In this document: positions 53,907-62,371 of the stretch, one piece after another
Position numbering within the stretch: position 1 is the first letter of the stretch
Layout of the letters: each line of letters begins with the position of its first letter
DNA from: Candidatus Pacearchaeota archaeon
GTDB taxonomy: Archaea > Nanobdellota > Nanobdellia > Pacearchaeales > GW2011-AR1
Reading direction: 5' to 3'
DNA length: 64,000 bases
NCBI GenBank assembly: GCA_009694725.1
Contig: SICV01000001.1
Coordinates: forward strand, 65,219 to 129,218
Made by a program: the position numbers and the translations under genes
The notes under the pieces: model-generated
Database searches by the model: none
The model's input: only the letters and a program-made list of their open reading frames with translations
What the model was told of the DNA's origin: nothing

Positions 53907-54458
53907 ATGGATATTACTTTTATTCGTCATGCAGAGAAAGAACTAGGTGAAGGAGATTTATCTCTCTCTGAAAATGGGAAGAAACAAGCAAAAAACCTTG
54001 CTAAACGTTTAAAGGGGGAACATTTTGATGAATTTTACTGTAGTGAACTATTGCGTTCACGTGAAACTTCTCAATTAGTTTCAGAAACTATTAATCTTGA
54101 CCCGATAATAGTGCCTTCACTTAATGAATTTGAACCCTCTCTTTTAAAAATAGATCAAGAAATTTGGGGTGAAAAAGAAACTAAACAATATCAAGCACTA
54201 TGTTCTTTTCTTGCTAACTTTAATAAACGAGGAGATGAAAAAAAGCGCGTCCTAATTATTGCACATGGAAATACTAATAGACTTATACTTACAATATTGC
54301 TCGAATTAAACTTAAAAAATATCATTAGATTTAGATTGCTTGAAACAGGAATAAGTGAAGTTTATTGGATGCCGAAATTTAAAAATTGGAGAATGAAATA
54401 TTGGAACGATGTTTCTCATCAACCTAAGGAACTAGTTGAAGGCATCAACAAATATTAA
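53907..54458 (+). CDS. histidine phosphatase family protein (phosphoglycerate mutase-like)
   Basis: ITFIRHAEKE (RHG-type motif), SELLRSRET and IIAHGNTNR (second catalytic His). Confidence 0.75.
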   Translation: MDITFIRHAEKELGEGDLSLSENGKKQAKNLAKRLKGEHFDEFYCSELLRSRETSQLVSETINLDPIIVPSLNEFEPSLLKIDQEIWGEKETKQYQALCSFLANFNKRGDEKKRVLIIAHGNTNRLILTILLELNLKNIIRFRLLETGISEVYWMPKFKNWRMKYWNDVSHQPKELVEGINKY

Positions 54459-55273
54459 GAAATCGCAAGATTATAATAATTGACAAAGGAATTGAAAATT
54501 TTCTTGCTTGAAGTTAAGGTTGTTTCCTTATTTTCTTTAAGTTTAGATACTTTTTTCTGTATATCTTTAACATTTTTTGAGAAGCAAATAAACCCAATAT
54601 ATTTAGAAGCTTCAAAAATTCTTGAAAGAATTTTCCTTTTCCTCGTTTCTGACGATAGCTCATTTCTTATATCTTTCAAGTAATATCGATTATAAGCATT
54701 AAACAATAAATCATAGATTTGAGCAGGGCAATTTTTTAAAAAGATTATTTTATTCTCTTTAAAATCTACCCCCTTAATTGGCAAATGTCTCCAAGGCAAA
54801 GAAATGGAAGTTCGATTAATAATCGCCCTCTGAAAGCATTTATCGAATGGAGCAAATTTATCTATAATTCCTTTTGAGAGATTTTCTTCTCCTTTAATGG
54901 AAACTCCAACAGAATAGGCCTTATTTTTTATTTTTATTTCTTTTTTTATGTTTTGAAAGGTATTACCTTTAATAATTACTAGAAAATCGTAATCTTCATT
55001 ATTTTCTGAATGAAGTCCTGATCCAAAGACTGAGATGCTTTTAATTTTAGTACCTCCTCTTTCCTTTAAGAGTTGCTTTTCAATTATGTTTGCTAAATTG
55101 TTAAAAATTTTCCACCTTTTCTCTAAAATTTTATTCTTCTTGCCATTAATTTGATAATACAAATTTCTCTTAAATAGTCTCTTTCTTTCTACTTTTTTTC
55201 TAAAATTAATTTTATTTTTTTCAAATAGATCTAATGGAAAACCTACATCAAATTGAACAGGTTTAATTTTCAT
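54455..55273 (-). CDS. nucleotidyltransferase-domain protein (Pol-beta superfamily)
   Basis: SVFGSGLHSENNEDYDFLVII matches the GS...DxD minimal nucleotidyltransferase signature. Very AT-rich, Lys/Asn/Ile-rich protein. Confidence 0.55.
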   Translation of the reverse strand: MKIKPVQFDVGFPLDLFEKNKINFRKKVERKRLFKRNLYYQINGKKNKILEKRWKIFNNLANIIEKQLLKERGGTKIKSISVFGSGLHSENNEDYDFLVIIKGNTFQNIKKEIKIKNKAYSVGVSIKGEENLSKGIIDKFAPFDKCFQRAIINRTSISLPWRHLPIKGVDFKENKIIFLKNCPAQIYDLLFNAYNRYYLKDIRNELSSETRKRKILSRIFEASKYIGFICFSKNVKDIQKKVSKLKENKETTLTSSKKIFNSFVNYYNLAIS

Positions 55274-55396
55274 GTAACATAGAGCATAAACCTATTTTTA
55301 TTTATTTCTATTAATCTTAATAAAAATCCTCTTTTTTAACTACTTTCAAGTTACGGCTTACCGAAAGATATAAAAGGACATTCACCATGGAGGATT

Positions 55397-55969
55397 GTGC
55401 ACCAAAGTCTTGAAAAACGGTTGCGAGGTGGTCTTCTAGCTGTTAGTATCGGTGTTGGTTCTTTGTTGGGAAGTGGGTGTGCAACGAATAATCCTGCTCT
55501 CAATGCGTTTATGAATTATGGTGTTGCTCCGATTCTTGCCGCTGATGCGGGACGAAGTCAACAAACAGTGATTGTGAATGCTCCCGGTGCTTCTGCTCAA
55601 GACCCTCAGGACTACCTTCCCAAAGATTATGCTCGGGGACCGTGGGCGCTCTACGCTGCAGGTTATTGTGATGAAAATACGGTACGAAGTGCAAAGGACA
55701 TTCGTAACACCTTCACGGAAGGGGAAACCTTCTATGTATTGGGGAAAGGTCCCGGCACACGTTATCTTCGTCTTGAAGTGAGTGATGAGCAGGGAAAGCA
55801 AGTGGCAGCAAAAGAAATTGATATTCGGTCTGGACCCACCAACATCGCACGGGATGGTGGCTTTCTTCGTATTCTCGGAGGGACAATTCCCCCAGGTGCA
55901 TACACTATTAAAATGTTTGACGGTCGTGGATTAAATTCACAAGGCAGCTTCAAAGTCATCTCTCGCTAA
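55397..55969 (+). CDS. putative lipoprotein / small secreted beta-rich protein
   Basis: GTG start 21 nt after AGATATAAAAGG. Signal with a lipobox-like LLGSGC. Confidence 0.45.
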   Translation: MHQSLEKRLRGGLLAVSIGVGSLLGSGCATNNPALNAFMNYGVAPILAADAGRSQQTVIVNAPGASAQDPQDYLPKDYARGPWALYAAGYCDENTVRSAKDIRNTFTEGETFYVLGKGPGTRYLRLEVSDEQGKQVAAKEIDIRSGPTNIARDGGFLRILGGTIPPGAYTIKMFDGRGLNSQGSFKVISR

Positions 55970-56028
55970 TTTTTTCTCCCGCTTTTCCGTCGCAGAACGT
56001 TTATAAATCTCTGAACGTATGGATCCTC

Positions 56029-58212
56029 ATGTTCAAAAAGAGGGACGCACATATTCTATTAACATCTTTCTTTCAGATGTATCTTATCCTTTCCCTTACC
56101 ATTATTTCTTCTGCATTAGTATCTTCTATTGTTCCCCCGCCAGTTACCAATACTCCTGCAGGGGGATATATGGAATTATTAAGCAGAACAGCAGGAGGAC
56201 AAACATTTGCGAATACTGTTCCGGGACAGGTTTTTAGTGCGGGTAAAGCAATTCCTCCAGGTACGATTTTACAACCGGGCAGTGCAATTCAAGGAGGAAC
56301 ACTTGGGGGGGATAGTGTTGGCTATACTTTAGCTGGAGAACCCGTTGGTCCAAATGTCTATGCTGCTGAAGGCCAAGGAGCAACTGCGGTTTCAACGTCA
56401 ACGACTGCATCTGCCACAGGGGCACTGGTACAAGGATTATTTTGGGGAGTAGCCCTTTACGCAGGTATCAAAATGCTGGGGGGAATGTTGGGATTAGGTA
56501 AAGGTACGACGGATGCATTGGCAAATGCTGCGCTTGTTGGAGGAATTGCAGGGGGGGCTACAAAGGCAGCCATTTTATATTTTAGACCTGAAACCACTGC
56601 AGCTTCACAAGTCAATTTCTTAAGTGGGTCGTTCACGCCAGGACAACTGGGCTTTGGTGCGGGTGTAGTGATTGCAGTCATTATCTTCTTAGTCAAGTAT
56701 AAAGATACTAAGACGAAAGTGGTATCGTATCAATGCCTGCCATGGGAACCTGCGCTCGGAGGGGCGAATTGTGGGGAATGTAATAAGAATTCTTTCCAGC
56801 CGTGTTCTGAGTATCGGTGCAAGTCACTGGGACAGGCATGTGAGTTGGTAAATCCGGGGACGTCTGAGGAGAAATGTATCTGGAAGAGCAAGCAAGATGT
56901 AACGTCTCCGACCATTACTCCCTGGGAAGATGCGTTACGTCCTACTGGATTGCGGTATGTGCCTTTGGAAACGCGTCCGAATGCTCGAGGAACGCGTATT
57001 GTGAGTGCGAATGGAGATTGTCTTGATGCGTTTACACCCTTGGAATTTGGGATTACGACGAATGAACAAGCCCAGTGTAAGATTGATTTTAGAAATGGCA
57101 ATTTGAGCACCATGCAATTCTTCTTTGGGGGCAGTAATTATTTTGTGACCAACCATACGCAACGGATGAAGTTGCCTTCGGGGACTGCGGATGGACTCAC
57201 CTTACAAAACGATGGGACGTTTGATTTGTATGTGAAGTGTCAGGATGCGAATGGGAATACCAATGAGGATGTCTATGTGATTGAATATTGTGTGAAAAAG
57301 GGTCCGGACACTACTCCTCCCGTGATTGTCGATACGTCCATTACCTCGGGTAGTCCCGTACGATTTGGAGCAAATGCAGTACCTCTTGAAGTGTACACGC
57401 AGGAACCTGCGCAGTGTAAGTGGAGTCGGACCAGTAAGCCGTATGATGACATGGAAAATCGCTTTACGTGCGCCTCCTCACCTACCCAATTGAATGGAGA
57501 CTTGAGTTACACGTGTGCGGGGAATATGACTGGTGTGTTGGATCGTGCGGAAAATCAATTCTATCTCCGATGCCAAGATTATGCTAACAATACGATGGCT
57601 CAAAGCTATCCGTTTGTACTGAAGGGAAGTCAACCGTTAACGATTCTCGAAACGAGTCCAAATGGGACATTGTATGGGGCAACGACTACCGTGCCGGTGA
57701 CCTTGGGCGTGAAAACGGATGCGGGAGCTGAAGCAGGGAAGGCCTCCTGTTATTATAGCGCACCGACGACGTTAGGTGAGCCTATTAAGTTCTTCACCAC
57801 CGAGAGCTTTACCCATAGCCAACAAGTAGATGTCACGGCAGGATTCCATCAGTACTCATTACTCTGCGTTGATGCAGGAGGGAATACTGTTAATCAGACG
57901 CTTAACTTCACGATGGTAATTGACCAGCAAGCCCCTCGTGTTACGCGTGTCTATCGTGAAGAAGCATTGAAAGTGGTGACAAATGAAGCAGCTGAGTGTA
58001 CCTATTCATTACAAGGATGTACTTTTGGGATTGATGATGGCCTCAAGATGCAATACATTCGACCTGATGTCCAGAATCAACACTTTGTGGATTGGAAGTC
58101 ATCCCTGACCTATTATGTGAAGTGCGTTGATAAGTATGGGAATCAACCTGATCCCGGGGAATGTTCAGTCGTGGTAAGTCCGAAGCAGTTTGTGAATGCG
58201 ACGAATATCTAG
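56029..58212 (+). CDS. membrane protein, stand-alone paralogue of the hydrophobic and C-modules of the giant protein
   Basis: Own signal-anchor (ILLTSFFQMYLILSLTIISSAL). Gly/Ala-rich hydrophobic region. Then YQCLPWEPALGGANCGECNKNSFQPCSEYRCKSLGQACELVN aligns with FTCKPWQAPTGSSACGTCGSDGFPCSAYACSALGQNCQLIN, followed by four repeat units. Confidence 0.7.
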   Translation: MFKKRDAHILLTSFFQMYLILSLTIISSALVSSIVPPPVTNTPAGGYMELLSRTAGGQTFANTVPGQVFSAGKAIPPGTILQPGSAIQGGTLGGDSVGYTLAGEPVGPNVYAAEGQGATAVSTSTTASATGALVQGLFWGVALYAGIKMLGGMLGLGKGTTDALANAALVGGIAGGATKAAILYFRPETTAASQVNFLSGSFTPGQLGFGAGVVIAVIIFLVKYKDTKTKVVSYQCLPWEPALGGANCGECNKNSFQPCSEYRCKSLGQACELVNPGTSEEKCIWKSKQDVTSPTITPWEDALRPTGLRYVPLETRPNARGTRIVSANGDCLDAFTPLEFGITTNEQAQCKIDFRNGNLSTMQFFFGGSNYFVTNHTQRMKLPSGTADGLTLQNDGTFDLYVKCQDANGNTNEDVYVIEYCVKKGPDTTPPVIVDTSITSGSPVRFGANAVPLEVYTQEPAQCKWSRTSKPYDDMENRFTCASSPTQLNGDLSYTCAGNMTGVLDRAENQFYLRCQDYANNTMAQSYPFVLKGSQPLTILETSPNGTLYGATTTVPVTLGVKTDAGAEAGKASCYYSAPTTLGEPIKFFTTESFTHSQQVDVTAGFHQYSLLCVDAGGNTVNQTLNFTMVIDQQAPRVTRVYREEALKVVTNEAAECTYSLQGCTFGIDDGLKMQYIRPDVQNQHFVDWKSSLTYYVKCVDKYGNQPDPGECSVVVSPKQFVNATNI

Positions 58213-58736
58213 CTGGAAGCGATATTTTTGAGTGCCTTTTTCATTTGAGCATACTCGGTATAATGATGTGTTGTTCCTGGAATGATATCTAAGGTAATTG
58301 TTGAACACTTTTTTTTAATAAGATATGCCTTCAGGCTTTGTGCTGAACCGGACGGATCTTGGTCATGTTGTATCAACGTGGTGTGTATCCCATATCCTTT
58401 CAAAAGAGTATCAAGCGGAAGCTTCTGTTCTTCGACAAACTTTAGCGGAAGACCCACAAATACACAGGCCCGGGGCTTGAGTAATCCTTGGTGAATACCT
58501 TGCAAAGCAACAAGAATGCCGAGTGATTTTGCAAAAATAACATAGTCTTTCTCAATAAGTACTGCATGCGCATTCTGAGCTTCTTTGTTGATATCAGCAA
58601 TACCTTCAGGATTGGTTTCCCAATGGGCATACTGCAGAAGAGTGGTGTATGTAAAGAGCGGAGCGAATCTTTGTGCACATTCAATAATCCATGCTTTGTT
58701 TACCGGACTATTTCCAGGAAGTAAGAGTAATTGCAT
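58209..58736 (-). CDS. small alpha/beta-hydrolase fold protein (YdeN/RBBP9-like)
   Basis: 175 aa. Nucleophile-elbow-like FAKSLG. Candidate Asp (HDQDP) and His (GTTHHY) residues. Confidence 0.45.
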   Translation of the reverse strand: MQLLLLPGNSPVNKAWIIECAQRFAPLFTYTTLLQYAHWETNPEGIADINKEAQNAHAVLIEKDYVIFAKSLGILVALQGIHQGLLKPRACVFVGLPLKFVEEQKLPLDTLLKGYGIHTTLIQHDQDPSGSAQSLKAYLIKKKCSTITLDIIPGTTHHYTEYAQMKKALKNIASS

Positions 58737-58778
58737 TTCAAGTGTTTGTTCTAAGAACTATTAAACTTTTTCTTTTGT

Positions 58779-59207
58779 CTATTCGATATTGCTGGTTTCT
58801 TGTAGAAACGTGGAGGGTTCGAAGAACTGGGAAAACTTCTTTGCATATACCTTGGCATCGGCGAGGTTTACCGCCCAGGCAGTGCCGGTATCTCGAAGTT
58901 GTTCAGGGGTAAGAAAGAGCCAGCCTTCGTAATTGAAGCGGACAGCGATGACCGGGGCAAGACCGATCATGTGGGCAAAGAGAACGAAGTCTTCAATTTG
59001 TGCTTTTGAGATGTAAATAATGCGTTGCTTGCTTGATTTTGCTTCAATGACATATCCTTTTCGTCCTGCTTTTGCTGCTAAGAGGTCACACGGAGAGTTA
59101 TCGTTGACCCCTGAGCCTGCAACGCGTACGGCGCGCCAGTTGTTGTCGGTGAGGATTTGGAGAAGTTCTCGTTCTGCCTTGGAACCTTTTGCTTTATTGG
59201 AAGGCAT
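58779..59207 (-). CDS. hjc: Holliday junction resolvase Hjc
   Basis: KGSKAERELLQIL...WRAVRVAGSG...CDLLAAK...YVIEAKSS matches Hjc catalytic motifs (E...D...ExK). Confidence 0.8.
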   Translation of the reverse strand: MPSNKAKGSKAERELLQILTDNNWRAVRVAGSGVNDNSPCDLLAAKAGRKGYVIEAKSSKQRIIYISKAQIEDFVLFAHMIGLAPVIAVRFNYEGWLFLTPEQLRDTGTAWAVNLADAKVYAKKFSQFFEPSTFLQETSNIE

Positions 59208-59210
59208 TTT

Positions 59211-59462
59211 TCACCACTTATAGGCATTCTTACGATGCCGTATCCCTACTACAAGAATAATAAGTTTATCTTTAGCGAGATCAATAAATAAACGATAATC
59301 TCCCACTCTGAATTTATATCCTTCTTCCCCTACCAATTTAATAAGGAAATCTTGGGGTCGAATGCGAATTCGCTCTAGTGCGGAGACTATCTGTTCATGC
59401 ACCCCTTTGTCTAGTTTATCAATATATTGAAGTGCTTTTTTTGTAAACTCAACAGTATACAT
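59211..59462 (-). CDS. RelE/StbE-family type II toxin
   Basis: 83 aa. ...GYKFRVGDYRLFIDLAKDKLIILVVGIRHRKNAY is a classic RelE/ParE C-terminal pattern. Confidence 0.65.
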   Translation of the reverse strand: MYTVEFTKKALQYIDKLDKGVHEQIVSALERIRIRPQDFLIKLVGEEGYKFRVGDYRLFIDLAKDKLIILVVGIRHRKNAYKW

Positions 59463-59684
59463 TTAGAGTTTATACCTTTTTTTAAATTCCTCAAGAGTGA
59501 TCGTTTCGCCTCTCTTTGCCTGTGCTCTTCCTTCAGCAATATCTTTTTTTGTTTCTTCAGATAATTCTTTAGTGTCTTCAATCATATCCCAAATAATTTC
59601 TTCATAGGTTTCTTTTGAAAATAGTTTTTTTCTATTCAATTCTGCCTGCAAGTTACTGCTTATCTGAATACTTGTCATTTCCAT
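59463..59684 (-). CDS. putative antitoxin
   Basis: 73-aa acidic protein abutting the toxin start (stop at 59463, toxin start at 59462). Confidence 0.45.
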   Translation of the reverse strand: MEMTSIQISSNLQAELNRKKLFSKETYEEIIWDMIEDTKELSEETKKDIAEGRAQAKRGETITLEEFKKRYKL

Positions 59685-59721
59685 AACTAACTATAATTGC
59701 CTATAGTATATAAGCTTTTTG

Positions 59722-59889
59722 TTACAAATCCTTGGCTTGGAGCGTTCTGCGACCGTTGAGTTTTGCACGTGTGGCTGCTTTGTCTAAGAGTTCGAGGACT
59801 TTTGTGTTCAGGGCATCGGCGACTTCAGTTGAGACCTGGAGATCGGGGACTGCCGCTTTGATTTTACTTTTGACGATGAGTTCGACCAT
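59722..59889 (-). CDS. small histone-fold-like DNA-binding protein (DUF1931-like)
   Basis: 55-aa ORF below the ORF-track cutoff: MVELIVKSKIKAAVPDLQVSTEVADALNTKVLELLDKAATRAKLNGRRTLQAKDL. Starts 2 nt after the lysS stop. Confidence 0.5.
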   Translation of the reverse strand: MVELIVKSKIKAAVPDLQVSTEVADALNTKVLELLDKAATRAKLNGRRTLQAKDL

Positions 59890-59891
59890 GG

Positions 59892-62021
59892 TTACTTTTT
59901 CCCTTCTGTATCTAATTTCTTTAAAGCAGCAATAATTGTTTCAAAATGTTCCTTTCTCCCTACTCCGAGTTCTTTTATCCCTATTTCTATATCTTCTCGA
60001 CTAATATTTTTAGCAAATTCTTTTTTCTTTAAAGCTTTCTCAACTGAATCTGCATCCATTTCATCAAACTTACTGGGCCTTACTTTTGACATAGCAGTCA
60101 CTAAACCGGATAATTCATCAACGGCAAACAAACACTTTGCTAATTTAGTATCTCTTTCAATACCTGTAAACGTGGAATAATGTGCGAGAATTGCATGAAT
60201 TATTTCATGCGGATATCCTTCTTTGATAAGGATTTCTGATCCTTTGAGTGTATGTTCTTCAGGATATTTTTCATAATCAAAGTCATGTAAGATTCCTGAA
60301 ATTTCCCATAAGTTTTCATCTTCACCATACTTTTGAGCATATGCTTTCATTGAAGCCCCAACTGCTAAGCAGTGATTAACAAGACTTTCCGAAGAAACAT
60401 GGGCCTTGAGTAATACAATTGCTTCGTTTCGGGTTATTTTTCTCTTTCCTGATTTTGCTTGATTCATTAACTGTGTTGCTTGAGGATTTTTCCCTAAAAT
60501 ATTCCCATTTGGTTTTGGTTCTTTCTTTGTGTCTACAACTTCAGGCTTCATAAACGGAAAGAGGATGACATCACGGATAGAAGGGCTATTGGTCAGGAGC
60601 ATCGTCAGACGATCAATGCCCATCCCGTACCCTGCAGTTGGAGGGAGGCCAAGTTTGAGGGCATCAATGAAGTCGGTGTCCATCGGCATGGCATCTTTCG
60701 AGCCTTCCTTGAGAAGGGCTGCTTGCTCGTGCAAACGGGCTTCTTGATCAAGGGGGTCGTTCAGCTCATCATATGACTTCATAATTTCCGCACCATCGAT
60801 GATCAATTGAACTGAATTGATTTTACTTGGATCTTTTTCGTTGCGTTTTGCTAAGGCAATCATTTCAACTGGGTAGTGGGTGAGAAAGGTTGGCTGTACG
60901 ATGCTTGGACGCACGACGCGCTTGTAGAGTTCGTCGAGTAAGGCACCGTAGTGTGTGCAGGTACGAATATCAACATCACGTAATCCTTTTTCTTGTATTT
61001 CTGCTTTGAGTTTTTCATACGTGTTGACCTGGTTGATATCAATGTCTGCTTCTTTGAGCATCAAATCACGGAACGTAACCCGCTTGAACGGAAGTGTGAG
61101 ATTTATTTTTTTACCTTGATATTCAAGTTCATCTCCAAGCGAGAGTGCTTTCTTCAGACGAGTAAATAACTCTTCTGTAAACTGCATATGGTATTCATAC
61201 GTTTTATAGGCTGCATAGTACTCCAACATCGTAAATTCAGGATTATGCTGACGATCAATACCTTCATTTCTAAAATTCTTACATACTGTAAAGACTCGTT
61301 CGAATCCTCCTACGACTACTCGCTTGAGATAGAGTTCGGGAGAGATGGAAAGATAGAGCGGAATGTCTAACGCATTGAGATGTGTTTTGAACGGTGCTGC
61401 TGATGCCCCCCCATAGATGGATTGCAAAGCAGGTGTTTCAACTTCGAGAAATCCTTCTTCCTGGAGATAGGAACGAAGTGTGGTGAGAATCGTTGCACGT
61501 GTTTCAAACGTTGTTCGTACATCAGGACTCATCACTAAATCAATATAGCGCTTGCGATAGCGTTCTTCTTTATCTTCTAAGCCGTGCCATTTGTCAGGAA
61601 GGGCAGCAAGTGATTTCGTCAGGAGGGTGAGATCATGCACTTCAACGGATAATTCTCCTCGTTTGGTACGAAAAATAGTTCCCTGGACGTTGATAATATC
61701 TCCTGCATCGATATAGGATTTACAAAGGGCACTTACTTTTCCAGGCGTATTGGGTTCTTGGAGGACAATTTGAATCGTTCCTGTTCCGTCTCGTACCGTG
61801 CCGAATGCTATTTTGCCGAGGTCACGGAAGGACATGAGTCTTCCCACAATTGCCACTTTATTGTTCGTTGTGTGTTCGGGAAGTAACGCTTTGTGCTCTT
61901 TTTGGAGCTGGGCAGTCGTATGTGAACGAGTGCTTTCTTGAGGATAAGGATTAATTCCTGCTTTTTTGAGCGCATCAAGCTTCTTGAGCCGTTCTTTGTA
62001 AAATTCATCTTGACGTGACAT
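59892..62021 (-). CDS. lysS: class II lysyl-tRNA synthetase fused to a C-terminal HD-domain hydrolase
   Basis: OB-fold anticodon-binding domain plus class II motifs (FRNEG, GMGIDRL) to about aa 493, then a linker. aa 528-709 carry HD signature residues (NHCLAV ... LHDFDY). Confidence 0.85.
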   Translation of the reverse strand: MSRQDEFYKERLKKLDALKKAGINPYPQESTRSHTTAQLQKEHKALLPEHTTNNKVAIVGRLMSFRDLGKIAFGTVRDGTGTIQIVLQEPNTPGKVSALCKSYIDAGDIINVQGTIFRTKRGELSVEVHDLTLLTKSLAALPDKWHGLEDKEERYRKRYIDLVMSPDVRTTFETRATILTTLRSYLQEEGFLEVETPALQSIYGGASAAPFKTHLNALDIPLYLSISPELYLKRVVVGGFERVFTVCKNFRNEGIDRQHNPEFTMLEYYAAYKTYEYHMQFTEELFTRLKKALSLGDELEYQGKKINLTLPFKRVTFRDLMLKEADIDINQVNTYEKLKAEIQEKGLRDVDIRTCTHYGALLDELYKRVVRPSIVQPTFLTHYPVEMIALAKRNEKDPSKINSVQLIIDGAEIMKSYDELNDPLDQEARLHEQAALLKEGSKDAMPMDTDFIDALKLGLPPTAGYGMGIDRLTMLLTNSPSIRDVILFPFMKPEVVDTKKEPKPNGNILGKNPQATQLMNQAKSGKRKITRNEAIVLLKAHVSSESLVNHCLAVGASMKAYAQKYGEDENLWEISGILHDFDYEKYPEEHTLKGSEILIKEGYPHEIIHAILAHYSTFTGIERDTKLAKCLFAVDELSGLVTAMSKVRPSKFDEMDADSVEKALKKKEFAKNISREDIEIGIKELGVGRKEHFETIIAALKKLDTEGKK

Positions 62022-62055
62022 AGAGGGTGAGGGGAAGAGAGGTTTAAAGGGTTTT

Positions 62056-62331
62056 CTACATCAGCTTGAATTCTTTCATATCTTCTTGCCAACGCTCTGT
62101 TTGTTCTTTGACGTCGTAGATTTTTGCATGCGTAGGTCCCCGTTTACAGACTGCAACCATCGCATCAACGGCCGTGCTCTCTCCTTGAATGAATATTTCC
62201 ATTTTGCCGTCATCTTCACGTTTTCGCATGAATCCTACAATGCTATACTGGGTGGCATGCTTGGTGATAAATTGTTTATAGAAGAGGCTTGATAAAAGCC
62301 CGGAAATATAGAGACGTACTGCTTTTTTCAT
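62056..62331 (-). CDS. acylphosphatase-like domain protein (active-site motifs degenerate)
   Basis: 91 aa with acylphosphatase-like spacing (...GFMRKREDGKMEIFIQGE...VCKRGPTHAKI). The canonical VxGxVQGVxFR and GWVxN motifs are not conserved. Confidence 0.45.
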   Translation of the reverse strand: MKKAVRLYISGLLSSLFYKQFITKHATQYSIVGFMRKREDDGKMEIFIQGESTAVDAMVAVCKRGPTHAKIYDVKEQTERWQEDMKEFKLM

Positions 62332-62371
62332 GATAGGGGAAGGTAATGAGGATTAAAATGGCTTGTGGTGG

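Noticed and set aside
52593-55273. Calling the AT-rich island an integrated mobile element.
   Set aside because: No integrase, transposase, flanking direct repeats or adjacent tRNA target could be found. Only the compositional contrast is supported.
50389-58212. Interpreting the split second copy of the giant protein as a disrupted pseudogene.
   Set aside because: Both halves are long intact ORFs that break exactly at a module boundary. Each has its own export signal, and the C-half has its own well-spaced promoter.
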